The notes under the pieces are model-generated. The model made no database searches and was not told the DNA's origin. It saw nothing but the letters and a program-made list of their open reading frames with translations. Positions 45,486-56,567 of a stretch of DNA of 64,000 nucleotides are shown here, in pieces. The stretch spans positions 3,204 to 67,203 of the forward strand of contig LFSI01000050.1 of NCBI GenBank assembly GCA_001512545.1, given 5' to 3'. A program made the position numbers and the translations under genes. The stretch is from Clostridia bacterium DTU065 (lineage in GTDB: Bacteria > Bacillota > DTU065). How positions within the stretch are numbered: position 1 is the first letter of the stretch; each line of letters starts with the position of its first letter.

Positions 45486-46634
45486 TTACAGAGCTATGTA
45501 GTCCTGAGGTTTTTTTGCTTGAAGAAAACAGTGCAGAAGGGCTTCTTTAATCCTAAGGCTGGCATTACCGTCGCCGTAGGGATTTTGCGAATTTCTCATG
45601 CTTTCATAGGCTGCACCGCTTGTGAGGAGCTCTGCAGCATTTCTAACTACAGACTCCTTCTCCGAACCAATCAGGCGCAGTGTCCCAGCCCTTACCCCTT
45701 CGGTCCTTTCGGTAACATCCCGAATCACCAGTACGGGGACGCCTAAAGACGGTGCTTCCTCCTGCAGGCCCCCTGAGTCTGTGAGGATCAGGTAAGAGCG
45801 TTTCATAAGGTTGACCCACTCTTTGTAAGCAGGGGGATCGATCAGGTGAATGCGAGGCTTACCTCCGAGGACTTTTACAGCGGCTTCTTTTACCCTGGGA
45901 TTTGGATGCACCGAGTAAATCAGCTGCACGTCTGCAAACCGCTCCACAATCTCCAGGAGACCTGAGTAGATCTCTTCCAATTTTTCCAGGTTCTCTCTTC
46001 TGTGAATCTCCGCTAAAAGAGTCCTTTTGGAAAAATCCAAGCTTTGCAGAACCGGGTTTTGAAAGTTGTAACCTTCCTCTACCATCTCTAAGAGAGAGTC
46101 AATGACCGTGTTTCCCGTGACGTAGATCGATTCGGCGCTGGTTCCCTCAAGAATCAGATTGGCTTTGTTTACCGGTGTCGGTGCGAAATGGAGATCTGCT
46201 AACTGAGAGATGAGTCTACGGTTTATCTCTTCGGGAAACGGCTCCCGTCTGGTAAAGCTGCGGAGGCCTGCTTCGATATGCCCCACTTTCAGGCCGTGGT
46301 AGAAAGCACTGAGAGCTGAAGAAAAAGCCGTTGAAGTATCTCCGTGGACCAGCACAATATCGGGCTGGATCTTCCGAAAAACTTCCTCCAAACCTCCTAA
46401 GACGTTTCGCGTGATATCCGTCAGAGTTTGACTGGGCTTCATGATGCCAAGATCCACATCGGGCGTGATGGCAAAAAGCTCGAGAACCTGATCAAGCATC
46501 TCCCGGTGCTGCCCTGTGGATACAACTGTTACAGCGAAATTAGGATCCGCTTTCAGCGTCTTGATAACTTTGGCTACTTTGATTGCTTCCGGTCTTGTCC
46601 CTAACACTATCAGAGTCTTGATCTTTCTTGCCAA
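45486..46634 (-). CDS. wecB: UDP-N-acetylglucosamine 2-epimerase (non-hydrolysing)
   Basis: 382 aa. [24 protein letters not shown] (compare WecB [20 protein letters not shown]), [31 protein letters not shown]. Confidence 0.9.
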   Translation of the reverse strand: [382 protein letters not shown]

Positions 46635-47643
46635 CTTTCAGCACCCCTTGTCTGGCTGCTTTAATGGTTATGACGCAAACCACAATGAGCGTATAGATAA
46701 AACCAATTTCCGGACTGACGTTGAAGACCAGAAACGCACCGATAGCAAACAGCACGTTCACAAGATACAAAATGAGCACGACCTTTTTCTGCCCGAGACC
46801 TAGGTGGAGCATACGGTGGTGAAGATGATCTCCATCAGCTTGGTAGATGGGCTTTTTCGTCTTTGCCCTGCGGAAAATGGAAAAAATCGTGTCCAAAATC
46901 GGCAGCCCCAAAGCAAGGAGGGGAACTGCTAACGTGACAGTAGCAGCACCCTTTAAGGATCCTTCGATGGCAAGTGCTCCTACAACAAACCCGAGGAAGA
47001 GCGCTCCCGAGTCGCCCATGAAAACTTTAGCCGGATTGAAGTTGTAGGGGAGAAATCCCAAACACGCACCGAGGAGCCCGCAGTTCAAAACCAAGATGAA
47101 CCAATCAAGCTTCTGACTGCTGAGAAAGATGCAGGTTAGAGCTGTAATGGCTACCGTTCCTGTAGCAAGCCCATCCAACCCGTCAATGAGGTTCACCAAG
47201 TTCGCCGTTCCTACGAGCCACATCACAGACAGCGGAATCGCTAAAATCCCCAGGTCGATAGTGCCCCCAGAGGGATTGGTGAGGTGTTGGATTCTTGGGC
47301 CCGTTAGGACGTACAGAACGGAAATCCCAAGCATTACCCAGAACTTCAACTTGGCACTGAGGTCGTAAATATCATCTATCGCGCCCAGCAAAAAAAACAG
47401 CGCACCGCTCAAGTAGAGAGACGGCAAATGGCGAAAATTGGCAACCGGCCAGCTCAACACACTTGCTGCCAGAAAGCCGACGAAAATCGCCAGTCCCCCT
47501 AGAGTTGGAACGGGGTATTTATTGATGCGGCGTGGCAAAGGTTTGTCCACCCAACCCATTTTGAGTGCAAGCCGTATGACCAAGGGTGTTGCAATCAGCG
47601 TGGTTAAAAACGCTACAGCGAAAGCTTTTAGTCCTTGCCACAT
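46540..47643 (-). CDS. Glycosyltransferase family 4 polyprenyl-phosphate HexNAc-1-phosphate transferase (WecA/TagO/MraY-like)
   Basis: 367 aa. About 10 TMs. GT4/MraY-family motifs: NLVNLIDGLDGLATG, FLPYNFNPAKVFMGDSGALFLGF, DHLHHRM. The hydrophilic C-terminal tail overlaps the wecB start by 95 nt. Confidence 0.8.
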   Translation of the reverse strand: MWQGLKAFAVAFLTTLIATPLVIRLALKMGWVDKPLPRRINKYPVPTLGGLAIFVGFLAASVLSWPVANFRHLPSLYLSGALFFLLGAIDDIYDLSAKLKFWVMLGISVLYVLTGPRIQHLTNPSGGTIDLGILAIPLSVMWLVGTANLVNLIDGLDGLATGTVAITALTCIFLSSQKLDWFILVLNCGLLGACLGFLPYNFNPAKVFMGDSGALFLGFVVGALAIEGSLKGAATVTLAVPLLALGLPILDTIFSIFRRAKTKKPIYQADGDHLHHRMLHLGLGQKKVVLILYLVNVLFAIGAFLVFNVSPEIGFIYTLIVVCVITIKAARQGVLKVGKKDQDSDSVRDKTGSNQSSQSYQDAESGS

Positions 47644-47655
47644 TAGATGTCACCT

Positions 47656-48096
47656 CTATTTTAGTAGGTTGATCTTGACATCTCCCTCCTGGAGAAGAGA
47701 AAGTGCCAGTTCATCTGGGTAAGAACCTCTGAAAAAAATCTCCTTGATCCCTGCATTGAGCAGCATCTTTGCACAGAGCACGCAGGGCTGTGTGGTGCAG
47801 TACAGCGTAGCTCCATTGGTGGAAACCCCATGGAGTGCTGCTTGAATAATGGCATTTTGCTCTGCATGAACTGCTCTGCAAAGCTCGTGGCGCTCACCAG
47901 AGGGCACACCCAGCTGCTCCCGGAGGCATCCCACGTCAAGGCAGTGGGAAACTCCCCGGGGAGCACCGTTGTATCCGGTGCTGATGATACGCCTATCCTT
48001 AACAATGACCGCTCCTACCTGCCTGCGCAGGCATGTGGAGCGGCTGGCCACAAGCTCAGCAATATCCATAAAGTAGTCATCCCATGAGGGTCTCAT
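47656..48096 (-). CDS. dCMP/cytidine deaminase family protein (ComEB-like)
   Basis: 146 aa. Zinc-binding motifs HAEQNAI and [20 protein letters not shown]. Confidence 0.85.
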   Translation of the reverse strand: MRPSWDDYFMDIAELVASRSTCLRRQVGAVIVKDRRIISTGYNGAPRGVSHCLDVGCLREQLGVPSGERHELCRAVHAEQNAIIQAALHGVSTNGATLYCTTQPCVLCAKMLLNAGIKEIFFRGSYPDELALSLLQEGDVKINLLK

Positions 48097-48104
48097 GGTG
48101 TCAC

Positions 48105-48752
<648 letters not shown>

Positions 48753-48757
48753 TTAGA

Positions 48758-49204
48758 CTAACAGCCTTCTCTCTGGCAAATCTTATTGATTCTTCCTTGG
48801 TGTCTGCCTGCGGTAAACTCGGCATTTAAATATGCATTGACGATCTCAAGAGCAAGCTCTTGACCTACCACTCTGCCGCCGAGAACCAAAATGTTACTGT
48901 TGTTGTGTTCTCTAGCCATTCTGGCAGAGTAGCAGTCCCCTGCAAGTGCAGCACGAATGCCCTTGACTTTGTTGGCTGCAATGCTCATGCCAATGCCTGT
49001 CCCACAGACCAAGATACCAAAAGGATGCTTGCCTGCTGCCACAGCTTCTGCCACTGTAAAGGCAATATCGGGATAATCCACTGACTCGAGGCTGTAGCAG
49101 CCGTAGTCTTCATAGGGGATTCCCTTGCCCTCAAGGAATTTTTTTATGATTTCCTTGAGTTCGAAGCCGCCGTGGTCGGATCCTAAAGCTATTTTGTCTT
49201 GCAT
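48758..49204 (-). CDS. rpiB: Ribose-5-phosphate isomerase B
   Basis: 148 aa. KIALGSDHGGFELKEII, GILVCGTGIGMSIAANKVKGIRAAL, ARMAREHNNSNILVLGGRVVG. Confidence 0.9.
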   Translation of the reverse strand: MQDKIALGSDHGGFELKEIIKKFLEGKGIPYEDYGCYSLESVDYPDIAFTVAEAVAAGKHPFGILVCGTGIGMSIAANKVKGIRAALAGDCYSARMAREHNNSNILVLGGRVVGQELALEIVNAYLNAEFTAGRHQGRINKICQREGC

Positions 49205-49656
49205 CTATCATCGTCCTCTTTCAGTTGTTTTACGAGCTTTTTGATCAGCCTTTCGATCTCTTGAGCAGTCTCTTCATAAACCCTATCCCCTTGTCCAAAA
49301 GGATCAAGGACATCGCCACTTTCGCCCACAAATCCTTTCAGGGTGTGGACTTTGCCGGACTTGAAGTTCTTCCTGATAAACTCGGCATGGTGCTCTGTCA
49401 TCGTTAGGACAAGGTCGCTTTCGTCAAGGAGAGCTTGAGTGAGCTGCCTCGCTTTGTGACCTGTAAGGTCAATGTTTCTGGCCTTTAGAGCATTAATGCT
49501 TCCTGGAGACGCTCCGCTGCCTTCACTTGCAAAAGTACCAGCACTCTTGACCTTGATACAGTCAAGATTCGGGTCTTTGGCCAGTTCCGACAAGAGAAGC
49601 GCTTCTGCCATGGGAGACCTGCAAGTATTACCTGTGCATACGAACAGCACCTGCAA
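49189..49656 (-). CDS. Low-molecular-weight protein tyrosine (arginine) phosphatase, YwlE-like
   Basis: 155 aa. MQVLFVCTGNTCRSPMAEALL is the C-x5-R P-loop. It lies between sua5 and rpiB, as in the Firmicutes ywlC-ywlE-ywlF arrangement. Confidence 0.85.
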   Translation of the reverse strand: MQVLFVCTGNTCRSPMAEALLLSELAKDPNLDCIKVKSAGTFASEGSGASPGSINALKARNIDLTGHKARQLTQALLDESDLVLTMTEHHAEFIRKNFKSGKVHTLKGFVGESGDVLDPFGQGDRVYEETAQEIERLIKKLVKQLKEDDDRCKTK

Positions 49657-49682
49657 AAAGTACCACTCCTTGCTTTCTCTCT

Positions 49683-50732
49683 TTAGCCTCTAATGTCCTT
49701 CAAAAAATCTTCTAGGGTTTTACCCCCGCTAGCCCTGTTCAGCCTGTCATTTATTGCCACTTCTAAACCCTCTCCGGAGATGGTTTCGGAAAGAATAAAC
49801 TCCACATCTAAGCTATCGAAATACCGGAGTGCAGAGTAAAGGTTTGTAGCAATTTCCAGGGGATTGCTGCGGCTTCCCAAGGAGATTTTGTAGTCGGTTG
49901 GATACCTGGCAAAAAACTCCTCGGTACTCATGACCCCGATACGCTTTTCCGGGTGGTTTTTGATCTGATCTAAAATCAGCTCAAACTGCTCCTCCGGAGT
50001 ACCTAGCACCCTGTAAAGAGGTGCTTTGGGAGCATAGTGTTTGTACTTGAGCCCTGGCGACTTGACCTTCTCGCCTTTTGCCACCTTACCGCTCTCGGCG
50101 TTTGGCAAGACGCCTTTTAGCATCTCCAAAGTCACCCCTCCTGGACGGAGGATTTGGGGTCTTTCCGACGTGAGATCCAAAACCGTAGACTCCAGGCCGA
50201 GTCCGGTGTGACCACCGTCCACGACTCCTGCAATGATCCCGTTCATGTCCTCGAGAACGTGGGCTGCTTCGGTGGGAGACGGTCTTCCGGAACGGTTTGC
50301 GGAAGGAGCTGCAAGAGGTCTTCCGGTTCTTTTGATGAGCTCCAAGGCTATGGCGTTTTTCGGACACCTTACAGCTACCGTATCCAGTCCTCCTGTTGTC
50401 ACATCCGGCACTACGTCCTTTCTCGGTAGCACCATAGTCAGCGGCCCCGGCCAAAAAGCCTCGGCTAGGAGGTAGAACTCCTTGTTGGTGTGGGCGATTT
50501 CTTCCACATCTCCAGCCTCTTTTACATGGACAATAAGGGGGTTGTCTGCTGGTCGGCCTTTGGCAGCAAAGATCTTCAGTACTGCCTCCTCGTTTAGAGC
50601 GTCTGCCCCGAGTCCATAGACAGTCTCAGTGGGAAACGCTACTAAATGGCCTTGCTTTAACAAAGAAGCTGCTTCTTCCAGTTGGTCTTTTGTGAACACC
50701 TTGGTTTCCATGAAAAGAGGATCTCCTTTCAA
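49683..50732 (-). CDS. L-threonylcarbamoyladenylate synthase (Sua5/YwlC, TsaC family)
   Basis: 349 aa. GHLVAFPTETVYGLGADALNEEAVLKIFAAKGRPADNPLIVHV is the YrdC motif. A C-terminal Sua5 domain is present. Confidence 0.88.
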   Translation of the reverse strand: MKGDPLFMETKVFTKDQLEEAASLLKQGHLVAFPTETVYGLGADALNEEAVLKIFAAKGRPADNPLIVHVKEAGDVEEIAHTNKEFYLLAEAFWPGPLTMVLPRKDVVPDVTTGGLDTVAVRCPKNAIALELIKRTGRPLAAPSANRSGRPSPTEAAHVLEDMNGIIAGVVDGGHTGLGLESTVLDLTSERPQILRPGGVTLEMLKGVLPNAESGKVAKGEKVKSPGLKYKHYAPKAPLYRVLGTPEEQFELILDQIKNHPEKRIGVMSTEEFFARYPTDYKISLGSRSNPLEIATNLYSALRYFDSLDVEFILSETISGEGLEVAINDRLNRASGGKTLEDFLKDIRG

Positions 50733-50742
50733 TTCAACGAAG

Positions 50743-51594
50743 CTACTTAACTCGCTTCAAATACACACCGCGATTTCTGCCGGCAAGATCCTTGATGACC
50801 ATCGCTGGTGCGAAGATCTTCTCCTTCTCCGCAAGAGAAGCCACCTGTCCTGCCTGATCGTCGCCGATCTCCAAAAAGACTGCTCCGGCTCTCTTTAGGT
50901 ACTTGCCGCTTTCACTGATAATTCTCCTGTAAAAATCCAGCCCGTCCTGGCCTCCGTCTAGCGCCATTCTAGGTTCATATGCCGAAACGTTGACCTCAAG
51001 TTTTTCGATATCCTGAGACTTGATATAAGGCGGGTTGGATACGATAATGTCAAACTGCTTGTCTATACCAGCATACAGGTCTCCCTGAACAAAACTTACG
51101 TCTGCACCGAGTTTTGCCGCGTTTTTCCTGGCGATCTCCAGAGCCTTCTCGCTGATCTCCGTTGCAGTAACTTGGCTTGACGGAATCTCCAGCTTGAGGG
51201 TGATGGCGATTGCCCCGGACCCGGTACACAGGTCCAGAATCTCCGGAGATTCGATGCCAAAAGACTTGGCGTAGCTGATGACTTTCTCAACGATGACCTC
51301 GGTGTCAGGTCTCGGTATGAGAACATCGGGAGTTACCGTAAACTCTCGAGAGTAGAACTCCTTGCGGCCGATAATGTAGGCCACAGGTTCCATGTTTGCC
51401 CGCCTGGCAATGGCCTTGCGGTAGAGAGCCAGTTCCTTTTGGTCCAAAGGCCTGTCGAACTTTGCATAGAGATCGATCCGCTGCATACCCAAGATGTCCG
51501 CAAGGAGCACCTCTGCGTCCAGCCTCGGTGAAGGACTGCCCTTTTTCTGCAAATACTCTCCCGCTGAGTTAAGAATCTCCAGCAGTTGAGGCAT
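50743..51594 (-). CDS. prmC: Release-factor glutamine N5-methyltransferase
   Basis: 283 aa. ILDLCTGSGAIAI, FDIIVSNPPYIKSQDI (NPPY motif). Directly downstream of prfA. Confidence 0.88.
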   Translation of the reverse strand: MPQLLEILNSAGEYLQKKGSPSPRLDAEVLLADILGMQRIDLYAKFDRPLDQKELALYRKAIARRANMEPVAYIIGRKEFYSREFTVTPDVLIPRPDTEVIVEKVISYAKSFGIESPEILDLCTGSGAIAITLKLEIPSSQVTATEISEKALEIARKNAAKLGADVSFVQGDLYAGIDKQFDIIVSNPPYIKSQDIEKLEVNVSAYEPRMALDGGQDGLDFYRRIISESGKYLKRAGAVFLEIGDDQAGQVASLAEKEKIFAPAMVIKDLAGRNRGVYLKRVK

Positions 51595-51595
51595 T

Positions 51596-52663
51596 TTACT
51601 CCATCTCCTTTAGCCGCTCTTCTTGATCAGCTAGAGATAGTGCATCGATGATTTCATCTAAGTCGCCGTTTAGTATTTCTTCAATTCGGTATAGAGTCAA
51701 GTTGATTCTGTGGTCGGTGACGCGTCCCTGTGGGAAGTTGTAGGTACGGATTCTTTCGCTGCGATCTCCTGTACCTATCTGGCTCTTCCTCTCCTGGGCT
51801 TCTTTGGAACGGGCTTCCATCTCAGCCATCTCTTTGAGCCTGGCTCTGAGAATCTTCATAGCCTTGTCTCTGTTTTTATGCTGGGATTTTTCATCCTGAC
51901 AAGAAACAACCAACCCAGTGGGAATGTGCGTAATGCGCACAGCAGAGTCTGTGGTGTTTACCGACTGTCCTCCCGGACCTGAAGAGCGGTACACGTCGAT
52001 TTTGATGTCGTTAGGATCAATATAGACATCCACTTCTTCTGCTTCAGGAAGCACCGCTACTGTGGCAGTTGAAGTGTGGATGCGTCCTCCCGACTCAGTT
52101 TCCGGAACTCGCTGCACTCGGTGCACGCCGCTTTCATACTTCAAGCGGCTGTAGGCACCTTTACCTTCGATCATAAAGATGATCTCTTTGAATCCGCCAA
52201 GCTCGGTAGCGTTGCCGCTTAAAACCTCTAGCTTCCAGCGGCGGCCTTCGGCGTAATGGCTGTACATGCGGTAGAGGTTTCCGGCAAACAGAGCTGCTTC
52301 GTCACCGCCTGTACCTGCGCGGATCTCCACAATAACGTTTTTCTCATCGTTGGGATCCTTCGGGAGCAGGAGCATCTTCAGTTCGCTTTCAGTGCTTGCC
52401 AAAGTCTCCTCTAGTTCTTCAAGTTCTACTTCGGCCAGCTCTCTCAACTCCGGATCGGTGGTTTCCCGCAGAAGTTCTTTGGCGCCCTCGATCTGGTTTT
52501 GGATGTCTTTGTAGCGGTGGTAAGCTTCGACTATCTCCTCGAGCTCCGAGCGCCTTTTGCCTACCTTTTGGTACTCCTGCCTGTCCTGGGCCAGTTTGGG
52601 GTCGGCCATTTTTTCCGTTAGTTCGTTGTAGAGTTGCTCAATCGCTTCCAACTTATCTAGCAT
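51596..52663 (-). CDS. prfA: Peptide chain release factor 1
   Basis: 355 aa. [26 protein letters not shown] (GGQ motif) and PXT-equivalent regions. It is collinear with RF1 over its full length. Confidence 0.93.
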   Translation of the reverse strand: MLDKLEAIEQLYNELTEKMADPKLAQDRQEYQKVGKRRSELEEIVEAYHRYKDIQNQIEGAKELLRETTDPELRELAEVELEELEETLASTESELKMLLLPKDPNDEKNVIVEIRAGTGGDEAALFAGNLYRMYSHYAEGRRWKLEVLSGNATELGGFKEIIFMIEGKGAYSRLKYESGVHRVQRVPETESGGRIHTSTATVAVLPEAEEVDVYIDPNDIKIDVYRSSGPGGQSVNTTDSAVRITHIPTGLVVSCQDEKSQHKNRDKAMKILRARLKEMAEMEARSKEAQERKSQIGTGDRSERIRTYNFPQGRVTDHRINLTLYRIEEILNGDLDEIIDALSLADQEERLKEME

Positions 52664-52732
52664 GGTTTCACTCCCTCCATTCGGAAATTAACCGCAGCCA
52701 GAAGGCCGCGGTTAGATGAGTTTCGTCGTAAT

Positions 52733-53644
52733 CTATACTATAGCCTTTTCATTTGAGGATTGATCTGCTCCCATTACTTCTTTTAGGGCAAGTATGGCAG
52801 TTTCAATCTGGCTATCATCAGGCTCCCTGGTGGTTATGATTTGTGTTGCAAGGCCCGGGCGTGCAAGGGCTTTTGCCCAATTCGGCGCATCTTCCTTGCC
52901 GAGGAATCTCAGAACCTCATAGGAGACTCCCGCAACAACGGGAATCAGGAGTAGATGCGCTCCTACCCTTGGGAAAAACGCCAGACGTGCTCCCCCGGTA
53001 ACCAGGGTGAAGATGAAGATATTGAGGATTAGAACGATGGTGATAAAGTTAGTGCCGCACCTCATGTGAAAGCGGGAATGCTTCCTGACGTTTTCTACGG
53101 TAAGTTCTTCCCCTGCCTCGTAAGCGTTGATCACTTTGTGCTCTGCACCGTGATACTGGAAAAACCTTTTAATGTCGGACAAAAACGAAATCCCGACAAT
53201 ATATAGAAGGAAAAGCACCAGCTTAATGAGCCCTTCTACGAAGTTGATCAGCAGAGTACTCTGCATATACTGCCCAATCAGCCGAGTAAGAAAGGCCGGC
53301 AGGACAACAAAAAGTAGTATGGCAAGACCGAAGGAAAGACCTAGTGTGAGGACCATTTCTTTTGGGGAGAGCTCTTCCTGCTCATCTTCTGAAGCGAACT
53401 GATTGGCCGAGAAGGTCAGGGCTTTCATCCCGATGACCAGGGACTCCACCAAAGAAACCGTGCCTCTGATAAATGGTTTTTTGAGAATGGGAAACCTTTC
53501 GCCGATTGACGTGACATCTTCTTTGTGAACTATAAGCGATTTGTCTTCCTTGCGTACGGCGATGCTGATGGTTTTAGGTCCGCGCATCATGACGCCTTCC
53601 ATAACTGCTTGCCCACCGTAGTAGAATTTGCCCATCCGGTTCAC
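52733..53644 (-). CDS. DUF1385-family membrane protein (YqhQ-like)
   Basis: 303 aa. YGGQAVMEGVMMRGPK and HGAEHKVINAYEAG are characteristic of DUF1385. Several TMs. Confidence 0.6.
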   Translation of the reverse strand: MNRMGKFYYGGQAVMEGVMMRGPKTISIAVRKEDKSLIVHKEDVTSIGERFPILKKPFIRGTVSLVESLVIGMKALTFSANQFASEDEQEELSPKEMVLTLGLSFGLAILLFVVLPAFLTRLIGQYMQSTLLINFVEGLIKLVLFLLYIVGISFLSDIKRFFQYHGAEHKVINAYEAGEELTVENVRKHSRFHMRCGTNFITIVLILNIFIFTLVTGGARLAFFPRVGAHLLLIPVVAGVSYEVLRFLGKEDAPNWAKALARPGLATQIITTREPDDSQIETAILALKEVMGADQSSNEKAIV

Positions 53645-53678
53645 CCCTTTCTTTACTCAGCCACTTTGGGCTGAGCCA

Positions 53679-54488
53679 TTACTTAACCAGCTTGTCGACC
53701 TGCTCCTTGTGAATAGCACCGGTCAGGTTGCGGAGCATAGCAACAGCTTTTCCTACCTCTTCTTTTTCCTCTCCCGGTCCCTCAAACTCGATGGACAAAA
53801 AGCCGTTGAAGCCTGCATCGTCCAGGATCTTCATGATTCTCTTATAGTCGAGAGTCTTCTCGAGGTAGTCCTCTGTAAACTCCATACATTTGGCGTGTAC
53901 AAATATAGTATGCGGCGCAACGTTCTCCATTGCCTTGTATATAATGTTGGGATCTGTGCCAAAATTACCAAGGTCCATGGTAACTTTGAAGTTTTCCATA
54001 TCTACGTCTTCGATGATGCGGAGGATCTGATCGTCCATGAAACCGCCGTGGTTCTCGAGAGCGAGCATGATTCCGTGCTCAAGTGCATACTCGGCACACT
54101 CTCTGATAGCAGCAACCACATTAGCCCAGACTTCATCGTCAGTGAGCTGGCTGGAAACTCCTGCAAAAATCCTTACCAGTGGCGCGCCAAGGATAGAAGC
54201 AACATCAACAAAGCCCTTGACGTGCTCGATCTCACGATCCAGTTCTTCTTGGCTGGCTACGGTAAAGTTGTTTGTAGCGGAAACGCAGGAGATTGTCAGA
54301 CCAAGTTCGGTACACAAAGTCTTGATCTCCAAGAGGTACTCAGGTTCGTCCGATTCAAAATGAGGTGCCAAAAGCTCTACGCCGTCCAAGCGGTAGTGCT
54401 CTGCACAGAGACGGATCCACTCTTTAAAAGTGAGCTCTTTTTTCGCAAAAGTGCGGTGAAAAGACCAGGAACTGCAACCTACTTTCAT
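53679..54488 (-). CDS. Sugar phosphate isomerase/epimerase (xylose-isomerase-like TIM barrel)
   Basis: 269 aa. MKVGCSSWSF...LDGVELL...RIFAG...LALENHGGF...FLSIEFEG is the typical AP-endonuclease-2/xylose-isomerase-like pattern. Confidence 0.75.
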   Translation of the reverse strand: MKVGCSSWSFHRTFAKKELTFKEWIRLCAEHYRLDGVELLAPHFESDEPEYLLEIKTLCTELGLTISCVSATNNFTVASQEELDREIEHVKGFVDVASILGAPLVRIFAGVSSQLTDDEVWANVVAAIRECAEYALEHGIMLALENHGGFMDDQILRIIEDVDMENFKVTMDLGNFGTDPNIIYKAMENVAPHTIFVHAKCMEFTEDYLEKTLDYKRIMKILDDAGFNGFLSIEFEGPGEEKEEVGKAVAMLRNLTGAIHKEQVDKLVK

Positions 54489-54491
54489 TTC

Positions 54492-55757
54492 TTATTCCTC
54501 CTCAACAATATACGGCAAAAGGCTCTCTGCTAAAGACATATTGACTACAGCAGTGACCTTTAAACCTTCTTCTTGATACTCTACGTTTTTTACTTCACTG
54601 TCTTTATACAGGCGGTCCAAAAGATGGAGATCGCTGTACGCTAGCTTCAGATTCAGCTCTACCTTCCCTAGTTTCGCGGTTTTTATTATTTCTTCAAGCA
54701 AAACATCTAAACCTTCTCCGGTCTTTGATGAACAGAGCACTGCTTTTGGGTACATAGTGGTGATGAACTGCCGCTCTTCTGCTGACAGCAAATCTGCCTT
54801 GGAGAAGACCAGGAGAGTTGGCGTGTTGCAGCCGATAGACTTCAACGTGGATTCTACAGCTTTGATCTGAGCTTCGTACTTGATGCCGGTGGAATCTACA
54901 ACGTGCAGGAGCAACGATGCATGCTTCAGTTCTTCCAGAGTTGCCCTAAACGCTGCTACAAGATCGTGAGGGAGTTTCCTGATAAACCCTACGGTGTCGC
55001 TCAGTAGTATTTGGATCTTGTTCGGAAGCTCAAGTCTGCGGACTAGAGGATCCAAAGTAGCAAAGAGCTGGTCTTCAATATAGGTATCCGATCCTGTAAG
55101 GGTTTTAAGAAGCGATGACTTGCCTGCATTAGTATACCCTACCAGAGCCACTTGAGGAACCTCATTTTCGCTGCGCTTTTTTCTCTGCACTTCGCGGTTC
55201 TTGCTGATCTCGTCGATCTCCCGCCTGAGCTGGGCGATCTTGTGTCTGAGCACCCTGCGGTCTACTTCTAGTTTGGTTTCGCCGGGCCCTCTGGTGCCGA
55301 TACCGCCGCCAAGCCTGGAGAGATTTTTCCTACTGCCTTTAAGTCTGGGCAGCGTGTACTTGAGTTGGGCAAGTTCCACCTGGAGCTGGCCTTCTTTTGA
55401 CCTTGCTCGCTGGGCGAAGATGTCCAGTATTAGGGAAGTGCGGTCTAGCACTTTGACTCCTGAAAGCTCTGAAAGCTGATCGACCTGTACAGGAGATAGC
55501 TCGTCATCGGCTATGATGAGGTCTATTTCGTTTGCCACCACAAAGTCTACCAACTCCTGGACTTTGCCCTCGCCGAAGTAGGTCAGTGTGTCAGGTGCAG
55601 GCCGGTTTTGAATCATTCTTCCAACAGTGACTGCGCCTGCTGTTTCCGCAAGGTCTTCGAGCTCATCGAGGGATGTGTCTACAGCAATATCCTCGAGCCC
55701 CGTCCTTACGGCGATCAGGACCGCAGTTTCTTTATCTTTCATTTTGGTTGAGTTCAT
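54492..55757 (-). CDS. hflX: GTPase HflX
   Basis: 421 aa. HflX N-domain (LDIFAQRARSKEGQLQVELAQLKY...LGGGIGTRGPGETKLEVDRR), G-domain GYTNAGKSSLL, DTVGFIRKLPHDLV. Confidence 0.9.
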   Translation of the reverse strand: MNSTKMKDKETAVLIAVRTGLEDIAVDTSLDELEDLAETAGAVTVGRMIQNRPAPDTLTYFGEGKVQELVDFVVANEIDLIIADDELSPVQVDQLSELSGVKVLDRTSLILDIFAQRARSKEGQLQVELAQLKYTLPRLKGSRKNLSRLGGGIGTRGPGETKLEVDRRVLRHKIAQLRREIDEISKNREVQRKKRSENEVPQVALVGYTNAGKSSLLKTLTGSDTYIEDQLFATLDPLVRRLELPNKIQILLSDTVGFIRKLPHDLVAAFRATLEELKHASLLLHVVDSTGIKYEAQIKAVESTLKSIGCNTPTLLVFSKADLLSAEERQFITTMYPKAVLCSSKTGEGLDVLLEEIIKTAKLGKVELNLKLAYSDLHLLDRLYKDSEVKNVEYQEEGLKVTAVVNMSLAESLLPYIVEEE

Positions 55758-56517
55758 AGATCATCCTCAATCCGTCTAAAGTAAGATCTGGGTTTACAAT
55801 ATCAACAAACTTGCAAGCTGACGCTAAAAGACCGCTGAGCCCGCCTGTGAAAACCACTTTTGCATGCGGCCAGTTCAGTTCTCTTTTCATCAAGTCCACC
55901 AACCCGTCCACCTGACAGGCGTAGCCGTAGTAGAGACCGGACTGGATGCTAGCAGGTGTATTTTTCCCGATAATCCGTTCGGGACGGGCCACCTCCACCT
56001 TGGGCAGCTTCGATGCCCGGCTGAACAGCGCTTCTGCCGAGATGTTTATCCCGGGACAGATTACGCCTCCGAGGTACTCCCAGTTTTCGCTAACAGCACA
56101 GAAAGTGGTTGCAGTTCCAAAATCCACGATGATCAGGGGCCCACCGTAGAGGTTCAGCCCAGCTACCGCATTGACAATTCTGTCTGCGCCAACTTCCTTG
56201 GGGTTTTCATAGCGGATGTTCAAACCGGTTTTCAAGCCCGGTCCGATGGAAAGAGGCTCGACACCTAGATACTGTCTACACATCTCTAAGATGCTAGGAG
56301 TAAGAGGCGGCACTACAGACGAGACTATTGCGGCGTCTATATCTTGGAACTTCATATCTTTTGTGCGGAGCAGATCACCTACGAGAATGCCCATCTCATC
56401 GCTGGTCTTAGTGATGTCTGTTGCAACCCGCCAAGATGCAATCAGGTCCTTCTCTTTGTAGATGCCCAGTACCGCATGAGTGTTGCCAACATCAACTACA
56501 AGTAGCATCATAAGCAC
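55732..56517 (-). CDS. coaX: Type III pantothenate kinase
   Basis: 261 aa. MLLVVDVGNTHAVLG, IVDFGTATTF, PGINIS are CoaX motifs. The true start is probably one of the Mets in MLMMLL. 26-nt overlap with hflX. Confidence 0.88.
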   Translation of the reverse strand: MLMMLLVVDVGNTHAVLGIYKEKDLIASWRVATDITKTSDEMGILVGDLLRTKDMKFQDIDAAIVSSVVPPLTPSILEMCRQYLGVEPLSIGPGLKTGLNIRYENPKEVGADRIVNAVAGLNLYGGPLIIVDFGTATTFCAVSENWEYLGGVICPGINISAEALFSRASKLPKVEVARPERIIGKNTPASIQSGLYYGYACQVDGLVDLMKRELNWPHAKVVFTGGLSGLLASACKFVDIVNPDLTLDGLRMIYELNQNER

Positions 56518-56567
56518 CTTCTTCCCCGAAAATAGACAAAATACGAGGCAGGGGTCACCCCTGCCTG

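Noticed and set aside
53628-54533. 301-aa plus-strand ORF
   Set aside because: It is completely antisense to the xylose-isomerase-like TIM-barrel gene, whose product has conserved family features. The same reasoning applies to the 235-aa ORF at 58230..58937, which is antisense to the GHL10-like gene.
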